DNA of 64,000 bases from an uncultured delta proteobacterium. GTDB taxonomy: Bacteria; Myxococcota_A; Polyangia; Fen-1088. The DNA lies in contig CAVWUP010000019.1 in the NCBI GenBank assembly GCA_963758155.1, positions 6,720-70,719 on the forward strand, given 5' to 3'. Shown piece by piece: positions 55,800-64,000 of this stretch; position 1 is the stretch's first letter; each line of letters begins with the position of its first letter. The notes beneath the pieces are model-generated. The model saw nothing but the letters and a program-made list of their open reading frames with translations, was not told the origin of the DNA and searched no databases. The translations under genes were made by a program, and so were the position numbers.

Positions 55800-57335
55800 A
55801 TGAACAAGGCCAAGATCGTTTGGGCACTGGGCTTCGTGGTTTTCGGATTTGCGGCCTGTGACAACGGGGGTGGCTCAAGTGGCAAGGCCGGCGGGGCAGG
55901 GGGCGCAGGCGGAGCCACCGGTAGGGCAGGCGCCACGCGTGCGGGCGGCACGACCGGCGCTGGCGGCAACGCCACGGGCGGCGCAACCAGCGCGGGCGGC
56001 ACGACCGGCGCTGGCGGCAACGCCACGGGCGGCGCAACCAGCGCAGGGGTGACGAGTGGCGGCAGCGCTGTGGGCGGTACGACCGTCGCCGGTGGCGCAC
56101 CAGGTGGCACGACTGGCGCAAGCGGTGGTTCGCCGGCCAACGCAGGCATCGACGCCCCGATTGACTCGCCCGATGTCGGTCGCGACGCATCCACCGCGCG
56201 CGATGAGACCGGCGAGATAAAGGTCAATCCAGACGCCGCGTCCGACATGGGCGACAGTGCCACGGACAGCGGCGAGGGTTCCGGGCTGTGGTCCATGGGT
56301 TACTACGCCGGCTACGACAGCACGTCGTATCCGGTCAGCGCCATCGAATGGGCAGGGATGACCCACATCGCGGTCGCGTTCTACTCGCCCACGGCTACCG
56401 GCGCTTTTGACGAGAGCCTGTCCCAGGGCAGCGCCGCGCAGGGCGCGACCCTGGGCCACGCCATCGTGACGGCCGCACACGCTCATGGCGTCAAGGCCGT
56501 GGCGTCTCTGGGCGGCGCTGACTCGCGCACCCAGTTTCTGGCCGCGACGGCCAGTGGCGTGCGCGACACCTTCGTCGGCAGCATCGTGAAGCTGGCAACC
56601 GACTACGGGTACGACGGGATGGATTTCGACTGGGAATCGCTCGATACAGCCGACGAGCCAGTGCTTGTGGATGTGATGCAGAAGGTGCGCCAGCGTGCGC
56701 CCGGGTTGCTGCTCACCATCCCGGTGGGGATTATCAACGTCAACATGCCCGGCGATCTTTTTGGGTACGCGGCCCTGGCCGCTGCCGCGGACCAAATCAA
56801 CATCATGTCCTACGGCGCAGCCGGGGCCTGGCAGGGCTGGAAGAGCTGGCATTCCAGCGCGCTCTACCAGCAAGACAGCGCGACGCCCACGTCGGTCGAT
56901 TCGTCGGTCAAGGCCTATGTCGGCGCGGGGGTGCCCAAGGCCAGGCTGGGCATCGGCATCGGCTTCTACGGGCTGTGCTACACCCCGCCGGTGACCGGTC
57001 CTGACCAGGCACTGAACGGCTCCACCGTGGCTGCCGGCGACGTCGACATTTCCTACGCCAACATCATGACCTCGTACTACTCGGCCTCGGCGGCCGAGTG
57101 GGATGCCTTTGCCCGCGTGCCCTATCTCTCTTTTGCCAAGGCCACCGGGCCGATGGGCTGTGGGTACATCTCCTACGACGACGATCGCTCGATCGGGGAG
57201 AAAGGCGCGTACCTGAAGGCGCAGGGTCTGGGCGGCGTCATCATGTGGGAGATCAACGAGGGCTACATCGCCACGGCGTCCGCGGGCCAACGCAACCCGC
57301 TGCTCACATCCATCCAGCAGCATGTGCTGCAGTGA
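55800..57335 (+). CDS. glycoside hydrolase family 18 (chitinase-like) lipoprotein with Gly/Thr/Ala-rich linker
   Basis: GGAGA 5 nt before ATG 55800. The signal MNKAKIVWALGFVVFGFAAC has a lipobox. The GH18 catalytic motif is DGMDFDWE, with SxGG (ASLGGA) upstream. Confidence 0.8.
   Translation: MNKAKIVWALGFVVFGFAACDNGGGSSGKAGGAGGAGGATGRAGATRAGGTTGAGGNATGGATSAGGTTGAGGNATGGATSAGVTSGGSAVGGTTVAGGAPGGTTGASGGSPANAGIDAPIDSPDVGRDASTARDETGEIKVNPDAASDMGDSATDSGEGSGLWSMGYYAGYDSTSYPVSAIEWAGMTHIAVAFYSPTATGAFDESLSQGSAAQGATLGHAIVTAAHAHGVKAVASLGGADSRTQFLAATASGVRDTFVGSIVKLATDYGYDGMDFDWESLDTADEPVLVDVMQKVRQRAPGLLLTIPVGIINVNMPGDLFGYAALAAAADQINIMSYGAAGAWQGWKSWHSSALYQQDSATPTSVDSSVKAYVGAGVPKARLGIGIGFYGLCYTPPVTGPDQALNGSTVAAGDVDISYANIMTSYYSASAAEWDAFARVPYLSFAKATGPMGCGYISYDDDRSIGEKGAYLKAQGLGGVIMWEINEGYIATASAGQRNPLLTSIQQHVLQ
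55941..56042 (+). repeat. perfect 51-bp tandem duplication (x2) inside the GH18 lipoprotein linker (17-aa unit AGGTTGAGGNATGGATS)
   Basis: 55941-55991 and 55992-56042 are identical base for base. Confidence 0.9.
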
Positions 57336-57446
57336 CGCGGTTCGGACTTGACGATGGTCGTCTCGCCCTGGGATGCTTGAGTTTGTGGATGACGGAATAT
57401 AGAAGATTCCCATCACGTCGAGACCCTGTTGTAGTGTAGGAAAAAC

Positions 57447-58562
57447 GTGACTCGCCCGTTGACACAGGCCCTGCTGGCAGTTGCCGCGACCCTGGCGCTG
57501 GTGGCTTGTGTGAACCTCACCCAACCCTTGGTGTTGCAGCAGGATGCCGACCAGGGGGGCACCACCGCGGCAACAGGGGGCAGCGGCGGAACTACGCTGG
57601 CGAGCGGCGGTTCACGAGGCGGCACCGCGGCCGGCGGCACAGCGACAGGCGGCACAACTGGAACGGGTGGGGCAGGGGGAAGCGCTGCCCCGGACGCAGC
57701 CCGGGACGCGACCGTGACCCCAGATGCCGCGATTGACGCTCCCTACGTCCCTGATGCCATCCCACCGTCGGACCTCGGCACAGGCGGAAGCGCTGCTGGT
57801 GCCTCTGGATCGGGCGGCGCCGGCGGAGCGGCGGGACAGGCGAGCGGCGGCCAGACCAGCGCCGGCGGCACAGCCGTGGCCGGCTCGGGCGGCAGCACGG
57901 GTGGCACGACGGGGCCGGCCGGTAGCTCAGGCGGCAGCACGGGCGGCGCAAGCAGCAGCGCCACTGGCGGCGCAGGGGCGACCGGTGGAACGACCACGGC
58001 CACAGGCGGGGTGACGGCCACTTGCACGCCTGTGCCCAAGAGCACGGGCGGCCTCTCCTGTCCCAACGGCCTTTGCACGGTCCAGGCTTATAGTGGCTAC
58101 GATTTCACATTCAGTGACAAGATAGCTTCTTCCGTCTGCATGTTGCCGAACAGTCTCTGTGGGGCGGGCACCGTGGGCGCGCAGAATCCGGCCGGCGGAT
58201 ACACGGTTTGGGGGGCTGGCTTCGGATTTAGTTTGTCGCCACAAACCACGCTCACCAGTGAGGTGCCAGTTCAGCTCACGGGAACGGGTGTGAGGGTCAC
58301 GGTCACCAGCCTCCCCACCAACGCGGACATGCGCCTGCAGGTGAAGCACTACGTAGGCACCACGCCAACAACATATTGTGCAGTAATGACCACGGCCACC
58401 CAGACCATTCCTTGGACCAGTTTCAATACGATGTGTTGGGCCCCGGCTAGCGGTGTTGCGCTCACGGGTCCGCCCAACACCTCGAACATCCAGTTCCAGG
58501 CCAGCTCGCGTCCCACGGCTGGCTCATTCGATTTCTGCGTGACAGCTCTTTCGTTCCAGTAG
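57447..58562 (+). CDS. Gly/Thr/Ala-rich secreted lipoprotein with C-terminal beta-sandwich domain (putative carbohydrate-binding module)
   Basis: Signal MTRPLTQALLAVAATLALVAC. A ~200-aa low-complexity linker precedes a C-terminal ~170-aa domain with conserved Cys pairs and aromatic residues. Confidence 0.55.
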   Translation: MTRPLTQALLAVAATLALVACVNLTQPLVLQQDADQGGTTAATGGSGGTTLASGGSRGGTAAGGTATGGTTGTGGAGGSAAPDAARDATVTPDAAIDAPYVPDAIPPSDLGTGGSAAGASGSGGAGGAAGQASGGQTSAGGTAVAGSGGSTGGTTGPAGSSGGSTGGASSSATGGAGATGGTTTATGGVTATCTPVPKSTGGLSCPNGLCTVQAYSGYDFTFSDKIASSVCMLPNSLCGAGTVGAQNPAGGYTVWGAGFGFSLSPQTTLTSEVPVQLTGTGVRVTVTSLPTNADMRLQVKHYVGTTPTTYCAVMTTATQTIPWTSFNTMCWAPASGVALTGPPNTSNIQFQASSRPTAGSFDFCVTALSFQ

Positions 58563-58717
58563 GTGCTACCAGACCCGCGGAACCTGCCAGCCCCTCCCCG
58601 GCTGACCCGGTCGCGCGTGCCCGCACTCGCAAGCCTGCCGCCCGATAGCGATCTGTTGCACGATTGCAGCTTGCCGATTCAGGCGCGCAAGGCAGGATTC
58701 CCGCTGCGGAGGGCTCC

Positions 58718-60034
58718 ATGTCGAACATTCGTCTGTGCCGGCTTGTCTGTTTGTGCGGCCTTGTCGCGCCCGCTTGCGACGGCAGCCACAGCCCGCCTGT
58801 GGTCCCGACTCCGACCGTCAAGCTGATGGTTTTCTCTGACCCGCACTACTACGATCCCTCGCTGGGAACGACCGGCGCGGCGTTTGACAACTACGTGGCC
58901 CACGATCGCAAGCTCATTGCGGAAAGCGATGCCATCATGCGGGCTCTGGTTTTGGCCGTGAACGCCGAGAATCCGGACGTCGTGCTCATCCCTGGCGATC
59001 TGACAAAGGACGGCGAGCAGATCTCACACACCTCCGCGGCCAGCTACCTTGGGCAGATGAAGGCGCAGGGTCGCAGGATCTTTGTCGTGCCCGGCAACCA
59101 CGACATTCAGAACGCAGGAGCCGCCAGCTACTCCGGCGATACCACAACGCCGGTGTCGTCGATTGCGCCCGCCGATTTTGCGACGATTTACCAGGATTTC
59201 GGCTTTGGCGACGCCATTTCGCGCGATGCCGATTCACTCAGCTATGTGGCCGAATTGGTGCCTGGGCTGTGGCTCTTGGCACTCGACTCTTGCATCTACG
59301 GGCCCAACCCCGGCGACTCGCAGAGTGCGGGCCGCTTTCTCGCCACCACCCAGGCCTGGATCAAAGCCCGGCTCGACCAGGCCAAGGCAAACCAGATTCG
59401 CGTGATCGGGATGATGCACCATGGAGTGATCGAACACTTCACCGACCAGGCCTTGGTCTTCCCCGAATATCTGGTGAACGACCGCGACACAATCGGCGGC
59501 CTGTTCTCCGACGGTGGAATGGGTGCGGTGTTCACCGGACACTTTCACGCCAACGACATCACCCAGGGAACGCCCAGCGGAGCGACCCTGTCGCTCTTCG
59601 ATATCGAGACCGGTTCAGCCGTGACCTATCCTTGTCCCTATCGCATCGTGGATGTCGCGGGTGACACACTCACCATCACGACCCAACACATTACCTCAAT
59701 TGACTACGACCTCCAGGGCGCTGCCGACTTTCAGACCTACGCCCACGACAAGCTCTTGGCCGGCCTCGATCAATACATCGCCAGCCTCATCACGGCGCCT
59801 CCCTACTCCATCGATGCCGCCGAGGCCCAGCAGATTTCGCCCTGGATGGCCGAGGGATTGGTCGCGCACTACGCTGGCGACGAGGTTATGCCTGCGGACG
59901 CCCAGGCCGACATCCAGAGCCTGAGTGCAGCTCCCGGTATTTCAATCCAACTTGCCGCCACCATGCTGCAAAGTATCTGGACCGACCTGCCTCCGCCCGA
60001 CAACAACCTGACCTTGGATCTCGCGACCAGGTAG
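58718..60034 (+). CDS. calcineurin-like metallophosphoesterase lipoprotein
   Basis: The signal peptide has a Cys-containing signal (LCGLVAPAC). Motifs are VFSDPHY, IPGDLTKDG, VVPGNHD and GMMHHG (the GNH[DE] phosphoesterase signature). Confidence 0.75.
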   Translation: MSNIRLCRLVCLCGLVAPACDGSHSPPVVPTPTVKLMVFSDPHYYDPSLGTTGAAFDNYVAHDRKLIAESDAIMRALVLAVNAENPDVVLIPGDLTKDGEQISHTSAASYLGQMKAQGRRIFVVPGNHDIQNAGAASYSGDTTTPVSSIAPADFATIYQDFGFGDAISRDADSLSYVAELVPGLWLLALDSCIYGPNPGDSQSAGRFLATTQAWIKARLDQAKANQIRVIGMMHHGVIEHFTDQALVFPEYLVNDRDTIGGLFSDGGMGAVFTGHFHANDITQGTPSGATLSLFDIETGSAVTYPCPYRIVDVAGDTLTITTQHITSIDYDLQGAADFQTYAHDKLLAGLDQYIASLITAPPYSIDAAEAQQISPWMAEGLVAHYAGDEVMPADAQADIQSLSAAPGISIQLAATMLQSIWTDLPPPDNNLTLDLATR

Positions 60035-60078
60035 ACGCGCGCCCTGGCGAGCGCGTAGAGTCCCTATGCGCAATTGAA

Positions 60079-61700
60079 ATGAAACGCCAACGGCTAGCAC
60101 TCTCCTTCGCCGCTCTCTGCATTGTGTTGGCAGCTTTCTTTGAAAGCTACCTGCCCTACTATCTTGCCGATCACAACAAGCCGCCGTCAGCGACCTTCCT
60201 TGGCCAGGTGGCCCACACCACCGACCAGAACATGTATTTCTCGTTCATCCGCCAGGCGTATGACGGAAATATCCTCTTCAACAATCGCCTGACCGCCACG
60301 CCCAATCAGGGCGCCTTTGTCAATCTTCAGTTTCTCGCCGTGGGGCGAGTCATGCGCCTGTTTCATCTGTCGGCCAACGCCGTCTATCAGGTGTGGCGTC
60401 TGGCCGGAGTCTGCTTCTTGGTCTTCGGTTTCACGCTGCTTTCCCTGGTGGCCTTGCCGACCTTTTCCAAGCGTCTGGCCTCTCTTTGCGTCTTCATTTT
60501 CTGCAGCGGGTTCGGAACCTTCATCTTCTTGGCGGCGCGCGCAGAGGCTTCGTATCCCACGACACCCTCGTCGGACTGGCGCCCGACCTCTGGTCAGGCC
60601 AGCTGCCCTTTCCGCAACTCATGCTCAACCCGCACTTTTCCCTCCCCCACGGCCTCATGCTTATCGGCGGCGCTCTGTTTCTCATGGCCGAAATGCGCAA
60701 CCAATCCCCGTGGCTCTATGTGGCCTCCGGGGCCGTGTTTCTCATCAATGGCTTCGTCCGCCCCTACGATCTCATCTCGCTGGCGGTGGTGATCCCGGCC
60801 TTCATTGCCAGCGAGGCCATCCGGCGCCGCGACTGGCGCAGCAGTGCCCTGCGCGCGATTCCGCTTGCCATGTCGTTGCCGGCGCTCGCGTACTCAATCT
60901 GGCTCTTCGAGTTCCATCCCATCTTCAAATACTGGTCGCAGCAAGGACACAACATCACGTTCATGCCTTCGCCGCAGGTTCAGTTGTTCGCATACGGCAG
61001 CATTGGCCTGCTTGCCATGGCTAGACTGCTGCAGTTCAAAAGCAATCCGCTTTCCTTGGTCGAGCGGTTTCTGCTGGTATGGTTCGTCGGAATCTTCGCT
61101 TGCGTCCATCTGGGCAGCCTGATACCGGCGCTCGGGTTCAGCCCGCAGAACGCCATTCCGCTCTTTGCGCCGTTGGTTGTGCTGGCCTTTTCTCTCCGCC
61201 TGGGCCTGCGACCCTTGCGTCGCTGGCTCTTTCTTTCAGGGGTGGCTGCCCTGCTGGTCATCGGCAACCTCGGCGGCGTGGCCTATTCTTCGCAGCCATT
61301 CATGGGCGGGCGCGAAGCCCACAAGTACTACGCCACGGCCGACGAAATGGCGGCCCTGGACTGGCTGGACAAGAACCTGCGGCCCGGCGCCGTGGTGTTG
61401 GCCCTGCCGCCGGTGGCAAGCCGCATCGGCAAATACACCAGCGCCTCGTCGCTGGTCGGACACTACAGCGTGACCCCGAAATACAATTCCACCATGGCCC
61501 GGGTACGGCGCCTGTTGGCGGTCCAGGAGTTCACGCCCGCCGAGTTGCACCGGCTGCGCCACCTGGGGGCCGACTATCTCTTCGTCGGCCCGCAGGAGCA
61601 GCATTTGCTCGGCTTTGATCCAGATGCGGCGTCTGGGCTGACGCGAGTTTTCGCTCAGGGAAGCGTGGCCATCTACAACGTGGAGTCCCTGCCGCAATAA
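60079..61700 (+). CDS. polytopic membrane protein with C-terminal soluble domain (GT-C-fold glycosyltransferase-like), one frame discontinuity near 60535-60550
   Basis: Frame 1 (60079-~60540) and frame 0 (~60545-61700) both encode hydrophobic TM-rich sequence. Together they give a ~540-aa protein. The junction lies in gcggcgcgcgcag. Confidence 0.55.
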
Positions 61701-61708
61701 AGCTGTCT

Positions 61709-61784
61709 TGGTCGGGGCGGCCGGATTTGAACCGACGACATCCTGCACCCAAAGCAGGCGCGCTACCAACTGCGCTACGCCCCG
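61709..61784 (-). tRNA. tRNA-Pro (anticodon TGG), CCA encoded
   Basis: Reverse complement CGGGGCGTAGCGCAGTTGGTAGCGCGCCTGCTTTGGGTGCAGGATGTCGTCGGTTCAAATCCGGCCGCCCCGACCA forms a canonical cloverleaf. T-loop is TTCAAAT; anticodon stem CCTGC/GCAGG with loop TTTGGGT. Confidence 0.8.
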
Positions 61785-62011
61785 TCTCCCGCCGCAAGCG
61801 ACGGAAGGCGACCGATGATAGCAGAAAGTCGGTGTTCGCCACGCATGAACGTGCGGGACCTGATGCCATGGCCTGCCGCGCCAGAGGCACCTGAGCCGTG
61901 GCTGGTCACGACAAGGCCGTCACTTGAGCGACAGCTTGCCCCGCGGCTCGATGTGCTGGGCCGACGAGCCGACCAGGACATCGAAATCGCCCGACCGGCG
62001 CGCCCGGTGGC

Positions 62012-63469
62012 TCAGTTGACGGTAACAGCGAAGTCGGTCGTTTCCAGGCCGACGCCGCCGTTCCAGATCTCGAACCCGGCGAAAACGTTGGTCAAACCCC
62101 ACGTGTTCTGGATATAGCCGCGCGACACGGCATCTTTGATGAACAGGTTGAGATCGAATGACAACGAGTTTAGGTTCTCTTGCGCCACGTATGAGTAGCA
62201 CGGCACGCCGTTCGAGGTCCCGACCCAGAGGTTCCAGTTCTTGCCCGCTATGGTGACCGAAGAGGTGCTGTTGCCGTTGGGCTGGTTATCGCTGGGCTTG
62301 TAGAACCAGACCATGAGATAAGCCCCGCTCGGACTCTTTCGATCCGGCTCGGCCTGGCCAGTATTACTGAACCAAACGTCGTAGGTGGCGTTGTAGGATC
62401 CCGTCGCGTTGTTGGAAGCCCAGGTCCAGGCAGTCTGCACCGTGTTGAGCGAGCTCACCACTCTAGTGAGCTCGTTCCCCGTAGTGATGTGGCTATTATT
62501 GGCGCCCAGGAAGATGGAGGGGAACGACGAAGGGTTGTAGTTGACCCCGGTTCCGTTCTGCACGGTCACCTTGAACTTCGTTCCAGGGCCGTAGGTCAGG
62601 GTCTGGCCCGCGGTCGATCCCCATTGATTGCTCTGGACGATGTAGTCCTGCCCATTGCACTGCACATGGGCCGTGCCGCCGGCCGCGTCGGTGATGGTTC
62701 CCTGGCCAGCGACCGTGCTGCAGCTATCGGTGGTGCCGGTGCTGCCGGGGTCGATCACCGGCGATATCTTGCTCACGCATACGTTGAACGCGCCGACCGA
62801 GGCTGGCGTGCTGCCCGCAGCCACCTGGATCTGCAGATCGTAGGGCTGGCCAGGGTCGCCTACCGCCTTGGTGCAACCCTGCGTGGCCGCCCAGGTGGGG
62901 CACTGAGCGTCGGTGAAGCACACCCGCCCGCTCCATCCATTGGTGAACGCAGCGACCGACACGAACGGCGAGACCGTGTTGGTTGTGTTCGTGCTTTGGG
63001 TGAAGTTGATACGCACCTCGTTGCCGCCGCTGCTCCCGATCAGATCGATGTCGAAGCACTTGACCGGGCCGCTGTAGACGGCCTTTGTGCCGGTGTCGTT
63101 CAGTTCCATGCCCAGGCCGCAGCCCCATTTCTTGTAGGTGAGGTCAACCACCGTGGTGCCGGTCATGCAGCAACCTGACGACGCATAGCAAAGCGGCTTT
63201 AGCACCTGGCATGATGATCCGTCGGTGTACCCGTAGAATGCACCCTGGATCGCGACAGGCGTGCTCGCGGCGCAGACGTACCCGCTGGCAGACACCAGGT
63301 TGGACGTGTCGGTCATGGGAGTGCAGGCCACGGGCTTGGCGCCACCGCCGCTGCCGCCAGCCGATTGCGGCGTTCCGCCAGCCCCGCCAGTCCCACCCGA
63401 CTCCAGTCCGGCGCCGCACGCCCCCACGAACAGGAAAATGAAGAGCGCGCATCGAGACAGGCTAAGCAT
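62012..63469 (-). CDS. glycoside hydrolase family 12 endoglucanase lipoprotein with Cys-rich N-terminal module
   Basis: AGGAGG 6 nt before ATG 63469. The signal MLSLSRCALFIFLFVGACGAG has a lipobox. The C-terminal ~220 aa match the GH12 pattern (YLMVWFYKP...GKNWNLWVGTSNG..YSYVAQ...FDLNLFIKDAVSRGYIQ...GFEIWNGG). Confidence 0.7.
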   Translation of the reverse strand: MLSLSRCALFIFLFVGACGAGLESGGTGGAGGTPQSAGGSGGGAKPVACTPMTDTSNLVSASGYVCAASTPVAIQGAFYGYTDGSSCQVLKPLCYASSGCCMTGTTVVDLTYKKWGCGLGMELNDTGTKAVYSGPVKCFDIDLIGSSGGNEVRINFTQSTNTTNTVSPFVSVAAFTNGWSGRVCFTDAQCPTWAATQGCTKAVGDPGQPYDLQIQVAAGSTPASVGAFNVCVSKISPVIDPGSTGTTDSCSTVAGQGTITDAAGGTAHVQCNGQDYIVQSNQWGSTAGQTLTYGPGTKFKVTVQNGTGVNYNPSSFPSIFLGANNSHITTGNELTRVVSSLNTVQTAWTWASNNATGSYNATYDVWFSNTGQAEPDRKSPSGAYLMVWFYKPSDNQPNGNSTSSVTIAGKNWNLWVGTSNGVPCYSYVAQENLNSLSFDLNLFIKDAVSRGYIQNTWGLTNVFAGFEIWNGGVGLETTDFAVTVN

Positions 63470-63564
63470 AGAGAACCTCCTGAGAATTACGACTCTGGCG
63501 AGTCCGGATCGAATCATTGAAGGATGCCACAGCCTGCCGGCCAAGCCAACGGCCGGTGGCGGTT

Positions 63565-64000
63565 TCATGGGTACGTCGTGTAGTCGAGGAAATTGGCCGT
63601 CATCATCAAGAGCGACATGACCATCCATGAATCATCGTAGTAGGTGCCGCCCACCAGGGCCTTGCCGGTGATGAGAACGCCGTAGGCGTCATTCACGAAA
63701 CTCTGATAGCTGGAGCTGCTCATGGCCCCCACGCCGGCTGGACCAATGAAGGCACAGGATTGAATTTGGGCGCTGGCCCCGGTCTGCCACTGGGCGTGCG
63801 GGTTTCCATTCAGGTCGTAGCCGTCGACCATCTTGGCCACGGTGATGCCGCTGAAGAACTGGCTGGTCTTGGCGACATAGGCCTGGGCGCGCGTCTCGCC
63901 GTTCCAGCACCAATCCAGGCCGATGCGGAAGGGCGTGCGGCAGGAATCATATTGATAGTTGGTGGGCGCGGTCTGTCCCGGTCCAAAGGCACCGCCGTTG
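63565..64000 (-). CDS. glycoside hydrolase family 8 (endoglucanase/chitosanase-type), C-terminal part; 5' end beyond window
   Basis: Frame open to window end. GH8 motifs YQYDSCRTPFRIGLDW and C-terminal YYDDSWMVMSLLMMTANF. Stop at ~63565, directly upstream of the GH12 gene on the same strand. Confidence 0.6.
   Translation of the reverse strand, partial: NGGAFGPGQTAPTNYQYDSCRTPFRIGLDWCWNGETRAQAYVAKTSQFFSGITVAKMVDGYDLNGNPHAQWQTGASAQIQSCAFIGPAGVGAMSSSSYQSFVNDAYGVLITGKALVGGTYYDDSWMVMSLLMMTANFLDYTTYP

Noticed and set aside
61236-61769. 177-aa ORF beginning MVARLLWVQDVVGSNPAAPTK
   Set aside because: The conserved peptide is the classic spurious translation of a tRNA gene. The region encodes tRNA-Pro(TGG) on this strand.

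Overview
This is a high-GC (~70%) chromosomal window that is almost certainly from a myxobacterium (Myxococcota). The evidence is two proteins ending in MYXO-CTERM-type sorting signals, a eukaryotic-like Ser/Thr kinase, a very high density of lipoproteins (lipobox Cys after the signal peptide), Cys-rich myxobacterial repeats, and secreted glycoside hydrolases (GH2, GH18, GH12, GH8) that suggest a polysaccharide-degrading, Sorangium/Polyangia-like organism. Gene density is about 1 per kb and nearly every intergenic gap is short.

Main blocks:
- 1–5.4 kb: a HAMP sensor, a PilT-family ATPase paralog, a Wzx-like flippase and an alkaline-phosphatase-superfamily enzyme.
- 5.4–17.9 kb: an OmpA-family protein, a vWA-like secreted protein, a 1,100-aa Kelch propeller/MYXO-CTERM surface protein probably driven by a sigma54 promoter, a Ser/Thr kinase, and a GH2 lipoprotein.
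- 18.2–26.4 kb: two translationally coupled flavodoxin-fold oxidoreductases with a divergent TetR, and a TetR–TolC-like–MFP–RND efflux operon.
- 26.5–46.2 kb: a molybdenum/tungsten-themed region.
  - A 4-gene operon encodes a periplasmic pentaheme cytochrome c, a TAT-exported molybdopterin-oxidoreductase-family subunit, a 4Fe-4S subunit and an NrfD-like membrane subunit. This resembles an unfused ACIII/Qrc-like quinone-interacting module.
  - There are two HTH-XRE + PBP-like (TunR/ModE-like) regulators, one of them frame-disrupted.
  - An 8-gene translationally coupled operon runs modA-modB-modC-lipoprotein-porin-lipoprotein-TonB-dependent receptor-lipoprotein. This may be an unusual Mo/W acquisition system with dedicated outer-membrane components.
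- 46.2–64 kb: a GNAT acetyltransferase, tRNA-Gly and tRNA-Pro, a GT39/TPR glycosyltransferase overlapping an FGE-sulfatase-family lipoprotein, an ABC exporter, an LPP20–CsgG-like–LPP20 lipoprotein trio, GH18, a metallophosphoesterase, a GT-C-like membrane protein, and a GH12 endoglucanase with a partial GH8 at the window edge.

No mobile elements, CRISPR arrays or rRNA were seen. At least five genes (the FeS subunit, the second regulator, modA, the porin, and the GT-C-like membrane protein) show frame discontinuities within GC-rich low-complexity stretches. These are most likely assembly or sequencing indels, but true pseudogenes are possible. A perfect 21-bp inverted repeat pair flanks 122 bp between the kinase and GH2 genes and is a MITE-like or structured-RNA candidate.
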